Below are positions 28,037-32,000 of a stretch of DNA of 32,000 nucleotides, piece after piece. The DNA comes from Erysipelothrix larvae (GTDB lineage Bacteria > Bacillota_I > Bacilli_A > Erysipelotrichales > Erysipelotrichaceae). The notes beneath the pieces were generated by a model that saw only the letters and a program-made list of their open reading frames with translations, was not told the origin of the DNA and searched no databases. Position 1 is the first letter of the stretch; the number at the start of each line of letters is the position of its first letter. The stretch is from assembly GCF_001545095.1 (NCBI RefSeq), contig NZ_CP013213.1, positions 1,230,001 to 1,262,000 of the forward strand, in the 5' to 3' direction. Both the position numbers and the translations under genes were made by a program.

Positions 28037-29335
28037 TTAACCCATAAAGCGCGAAAGCATTTTCATTTGCTTTTGCATTTTCTCAAATTGGCTTAAGAGT
28101 CGGTTCACTTCTGTTGTTGTTGTGCCTGAACCATTAGCAATACGTTTTTTATGCGATGCACGAATGATGTTTGGATTCGCACGTTCTTTTTTTGTCATAC
28201 TTTGAATAATTGCTTCAGTACGTTTCATATTTCCGGCAGCATCTTGATCATTAACTTGGCTTGCCATTTGACCAATTTGACCTGGCATCATTTTTAAGAG
28301 TCCCGATAATGGTCCCATTTTTGACACTTGTTTCAATTGAATCAACATATCATCAAGGGTGAACTTCCCTTCCATCATACGTTGTGCAGAGGCTTCTGCA
28401 GCTTCCATATCCATTTTTTCTTGGGCTTTTTCAACGAGAGATATCACATCTCCCATTCCTAAAATTCGTGATGCAATTCGATCTGGATAGAATATATCAA
28501 GATCTTCAAGCGTTTCACCAACCCCGACATATTTCACAGGAACACCGGTTAAATAGCGCACGGATAAAATAGATCCACCTCGTGCATCGCCATCAAATTT
28601 CGTTGCGACAAGCCCAGTTAATGCAACTGCATCTTTAAACCCTTGTGCGACGTGAATGACATCTTGACCACTCATGGCATCAACACTGAGTAAAATCTCT
28701 TCAGGTTGCGCTAATTTTTGGATCTCGATGAGTTGTTGCATCAAATCGTTATCAATTTGAAGACGCCCAGCGGTATCAATCAAAATTACATCATAGTTAT
28801 TGGATATTTTGAGTGCTTCTTTAACAACTTCTACAGGATCCTTAGAATCGGTTGTGAAGACATCCACTCCAATTTGTTGTCCTAAAATTTGAAGTTGTTC
28901 AATCGCTGCAGGACGTTGTCTATCTGCAGCAACCAGCAATACTTTTTTATCTTCTTTTTCTTTGAGTTGTCGTGCAATTTTTGCTGCTGATGTTGTTTTC
29001 CCTGACCCTTGTAAACCAACTAGCATCATTACACCTGGTTTGCGTGTGAAGTTTAATCCCGCTTCTTCACTTCCAAGTATTTCAACAAGTTTGTCATTCA
29101 CAACTTTCACAAACATTTGTGAAGGATCAACACCCCGTGTAACATCCATTCCCATCACTTCTGTTTTAGTATGATCTAAAAGTGCATTAATCACACTTAG
29201 ATTAACGTCTGCTTCTAATAAAGCAATCCGAATTTCAGCAAGTGCGTCTGAAATGTTTTTGTCTGTTAGATTTGCTTTCCCGCTTAACTTTCTGAATGTG
29301 TCATTCAGACGGTTTGTTAAATTATCAAATGCCAT
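28037..29335 (-). CDS. ffh: Signal recognition particle protein Ffh
   Basis: MAFDNLTNRLNDTFRKLSGK, GTPase motifs GLQGSGKTT, DTAGR, TKFDGD, and a Met-rich M domain (MMPGQIGQMA). 432 aa. Confidence 0.95.
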   Translation of the reverse strand: MAFDNLTNRLNDTFRKLSGKANLTDKNISDALAEIRIALLEADVNLSVINALLDHTKTEVMGMDVTRGVDPSQMFVKVVNDKLVEILGSEEAGLNFTRKPGVMMLVGLQGSGKTTSAAKIARQLKEKEDKKVLLVAADRQRPAAIEQLQILGQQIGVDVFTTDSKDPVEVVKEALKISNNYDVILIDTAGRLQIDNDLMQQLIEIQKLAQPEEILLSVDAMSGQDVIHVAQGFKDAVALTGLVATKFDGDARGGSILSVRYLTGVPVKYVGVGETLEDLDIFYPDRIASRILGMGDVISLVEKAQEKMDMEAAEASAQRMMEGKFTLDDMLIQLKQVSKMGPLSGLLKMMPGQIGQMASQVNDQDAAGNMKRTEAIIQSMTKKERANPNIIRASHKKRIANGSGTTTTEVNRLLSQFEKMQKQMKMLSRFMG

Positions 29336-29343
29336 AAATCCTC

Positions 29344-30540
29344 CTATAGAAATGCCGTTTCTTCATGTGCAACGGTATGTTTAAGTGTTATCGTTTCGAT
29401 CCCTTCAATTGCATTTGTTATGAGTTCTGGATCGAGCTTAGACTCATAAAAATCAACCTTTTCAAGACGTGGTCGTGTTGTTGGGTTTTTAGGTGTGAAA
29501 ATTGTACAACAATCTTCAAACGGTAGAATTGATGTTTCATACGTATCAATCTTTTGTGCAATATCAATAATCTCAAGTTTATCATAAGTGAGTAAAGGTC
29601 TCAAGATAGGCATATTCGCAACGGATGTAATTGCGTTCATACTATGAAGTGTTTGCGATGCAACTTGTCCCAAATTTTCACCATTCGCCAGTGCTAAACA
29701 ACGGCGTTTTAAGGCATAAGCTTCACCAATTCGAAGCATCATACGACGCATCATCGTAATTGCATAACTTTCTGGAACTGCCTTATATATCGCAAGTTGC
29801 ATTTGTGTAAATGGTACGATATGCACGCGAATTGTATGTTGGAAGTCCGTAAGTTTTTGTGCAAGTTCTAATACTTTATTTTGTGCTTCCATCGATGTAT
29901 ATGGGGGTGAAGCAAAGTGAATGCATTCAATTTCAACACCACGCTTCATCATTAAATATCCTGCTACAGGTGAATCAATTCCACCCGATAACATAACCAT
30001 TACCTTGCCTTGAATTCCTACAGGATGTCCCTTAGCACCTTCGATTTTTGAAGTCATTATGTAAGCAAAGTCTTTTCTAACTTCAATGAGCACCGGAATA
30101 TCAGGTTTTCTTACATTTACTTTTAATTCCGTTTCTCGAAGTATTTTCCCTGCAACATAGCGGTTAATTTCATCGGAAACATGTGGGAATGATTTATCAT
30201 TTCTACGAGCAATAATTTTAAACGTTTTATCAGTCTCATCTTTGACACATTCATATGCTGCATCTGCGATTGCATCCAAGTCTTTCTCAACTTTTACTGC
30301 TAAAGAGAAGGATGAAAGACCAAACACCTTACTAAGTTCTTTTGATACCGCCTCGCCATCTTCACCATTTAATGTAATATATAAACGATCAAAGGTTGGT
30401 CTGTACTCGAGATTTTCAAATTGTTCACACTGTGCTTTGATATTCTTGATTAACTGACGGGTAAAGTCTTTACGGTTCTTCCCTTTTGTTGAGAGTTCAC
30501 CATAGCGACATACGATAAACTCATACTGTTTGTTGTACAT
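29344..30540 (-). CDS. thiI: tRNA 4-thiouridine(8) synthase ThiI
   Basis: The start is taken at MYNKQYEFIVCRYGELSTKGKNR (the typical ThiI N-terminus), with AAGGAGA upstream. THUMP region, then the PP-loop LSGGIDSPVA. About 398 aa. The ORF-track start at 30606 lies inside the upstream desulfurase gene. Confidence 0.9.
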   Translation of the reverse strand: MYNKQYEFIVCRYGELSTKGKNRKDFTRQLIKNIKAQCEQFENLEYRPTFDRLYITLNGEDGEAVSKELSKVFGLSSFSLAVKVEKDLDAIADAAYECVKDETDKTFKIIARRNDKSFPHVSDEINRYVAGKILRETELKVNVRKPDIPVLIEVRKDFAYIMTSKIEGAKGHPVGIQGKVMVMLSGGIDSPVAGYLMMKRGVEIECIHFASPPYTSMEAQNKVLELAQKLTDFQHTIRVHIVPFTQMQLAIYKAVPESYAITMMRRMMLRIGEAYALKRRCLALANGENLGQVASQTLHSMNAITSVANMPILRPLLTYDKLEIIDIAQKIDTYETSILPFEDCCTIFTPKNPTTRPRLEKVDFYESKLDPELITNAIEGIETITLKHTVAHEETAFL

Positions 30541-31675
30541 ATTCTTTTGTCTCCTTAATAATTCGAATGACTGCTTCAATATCTTCTTGTTGCGTATCAT
30601 AGCCAATACTGATACGAATCGTATTTAGTGCCATGGCAGGATTTAGTCCAATTGCAAGTAACACTTCAGATGGTTTGTCTGATTCTGAATGACAGGTTGA
30701 TCGCGCTGAAACCATATAACCTTCACGATTGAGTGCGTTCATCATAATTTCAGACCCCACATTCTTAATGGACATATTGATTATATATGGACTAGCATCG
30801 TGTGGTGAATTGATAATCACATCATCCAAATCCTCAAATGCTTCACGTAACATGTGATTCAACATGACAATATGTGCATGTTTTTGGTGATGCAACGCTT
30901 CTTCAAGTCGAATCGTTTTCGCCCACAGTATATCCGATACTGAGTCTAAAGTCCCACCTCGAAGCCCCTGTTCTTGTTGTCCTCCACTAATCAGTGGAAT
31001 CATGGGTACATGTGCTTTTTTTATGAGCAGTCCGCTTCCTTTAAAGCCATGAATCTTATGCGCACTAAACGATACACCATCCACTTGTTTTAATGAAAAA
31101 TCATATTTACACAAAGCTTGGACTGCGTCAATATGCACATATGCATGTGAGTGTTTCTTTACAACTCTCACAATCTCTTCAATGGGATTAATGCTCCCCA
31201 GTTCATTGTTAATGGCCATGATGCTGACCAAAATAGTGTCTTCACGCAGTGCTTGTTTCAAGACATTTAGATCAACGACACCTTGAGATGTAACGGGTAA
31301 GTATGTCACATCGAAGCCAAAGACATCGTGGAGTTGTCTGCATGATTCAATGACGGAACTGTGTTCAACTTGGGTTGTGATAATATGCTTCCCCTTGTGC
31401 ATATTCGCAAAGCAAACCCCTTTAATAAAGGTACTGTTTGACTCACTTCCCCCTGATGTAAAGATAATTTCTTGAGGTAACACACCAAATCGTTTTGCGA
31501 GTGTTTTTCGTGTTGTATCAATAAGCGCAGAAACACGCTGACCCATATCATGCAATGAGTCAGCGTTTGCGTAAAACTTCTTATTTAATGTGATGGCATC
31601 ATCGAGGATTTCATCAAAAACACGGGTAGTGCTTGCGAAATCCAAATAGACACTCTTATTTTGCACTTTGGGCAT
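30521..31675 (-). CDS. Class-V aminotransferase-fold cysteine desulfurase (NifS/NifZ/IscS-like), partner of ThiI
   Basis: YLDFASTT N-terminus, FTSGGSESN, HIDAVQA, and the PLP-lysine region SFSAHKIHGFKGSG. Adjacent to thiI as in the B. subtilis nifZ-thiI pair. 384 aa. Confidence 0.85.
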   Translation of the reverse strand: MPKVQNKSVYLDFASTTRVFDEILDDAITLNKKFYANADSLHDMGQRVSALIDTTRKTLAKRFGVLPQEIIFTSGGSESNSTFIKGVCFANMHKGKHIITTQVEHSSVIESCRQLHDVFGFDVTYLPVTSQGVVDLNVLKQALREDTILVSIMAINNELGSINPIEEIVRVVKKHSHAYVHIDAVQALCKYDFSLKQVDGVSFSAHKIHGFKGSGLLIKKAHVPMIPLISGGQQEQGLRGGTLDSVSDILWAKTIRLEEALHHQKHAHIVMLNHMLREAFEDLDDVIINSPHDASPYIINMSIKNVGSEIMMNALNREGYMVSARSTCHSESDKPSEVLLAIGLNPAMALNTIRISIGYDTQQEDIEAVIRIIKETKEYVQQTV

Positions 31676-32000
31676 TCTTTTGAATCAACTCCTCATAAGA
31701 ACCGTCCGGGCGATATTTATCAATTGTTTGAATAATAGTTTTCAAACTTTGTGTATATTCCCCATTGTTAAATGCAATTTCTGCACGGGTTAACTCCGTA
31801 TCAATTTCCGCAATATACGCTCGATATCGGTTTGCATATACAATCGCATTTTCGCACATATCAACCACACCCACAAGATTGTTTACATTGTTGTGAAGTT
31901 TGTAGGTAAAGTCAATGGCTTCTGCTACTGTCGCATTTAAGCGTCCAACATCCAAGACTTCTTGGTCGAGTAAATCATTAACTTGACGTGCATATTGTTT
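31656..32000 (-). CDS. ezrA: Septation-ring formation regulator EzrA, C-terminal fragment (gene continues beyond the right edge)
   Basis: The frame is open to the window edge; the ORF-track M at 31955 is only an internal TTG. The helical C-terminus contains ...AIVYANRYRAY..., resembling the conserved EzrA C-terminal QNR-type patch. Synteny with the desulfurase-thiI pair matches Bacillus. Confidence 0.6.
   Translation of the reverse strand, partial: KQYARQVNDLLDQEVLDVGRLNATVAEAIDFTYKLHNNVNNLVGVVDMCENAIVYANRYRAYIAEIDTELTRAEIAFNNGEYTQSLKTIIQTIDKYRPDGSYEELIQKNAQSAK

Overview
This 32 kb window looks like low-GC Gram-positive (Firmicutes-type) chromosome, and all but one of the real genes lie on the minus strand. 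Most of it is housekeeping, in a Bacillus-like order read along the minus strand: ezrA(partial)-cysteine desulfurase-thiI, ffh-rplS-lepB-rbgA(ylqF)-rnhB-dprA-topA-trmFO-xerC. After that come an intact ISL3-family insertion sequence, a riboswitch-led amino-acid ABC importer plus M20 amidohydrolase operon, yceD-rpmF, and an envelope cluster (LCP, a CBS protein, murB, murJ). The accessory-looking part is 1.9-9.5 kb. It holds a 1606-aa LPXTG surface protein made of about 16 Listeria-Bacteroides (Flg_new) repeats with near-identical nested DNA repeats, an Mga/AtxA-like stand-alone regulator and a DUF4256 protein. The left edge carries capA-like (+) and the 5' end of rny (-). I found no rRNA, tRNA or CRISPR array, and no obvious multi-gene novel system such as a defence island. 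The items most worth follow-up are: (1) a putative HEPN (R-x4-H) plus CBS-pair fusion protein translationally coupled inside the LCP-murB-murJ cluster; (2) a lysine-riboswitch-like leader in front of the ABC importer/M20 hydrolase operon; (3) the ISL3 element with 8-bp target duplication, inserted in the U-tract of the xerC terminator at a synteny break; (4) the recombination-prone repeat structure of the giant adhesin. All family calls come from reading motifs by eye, not from database searches.
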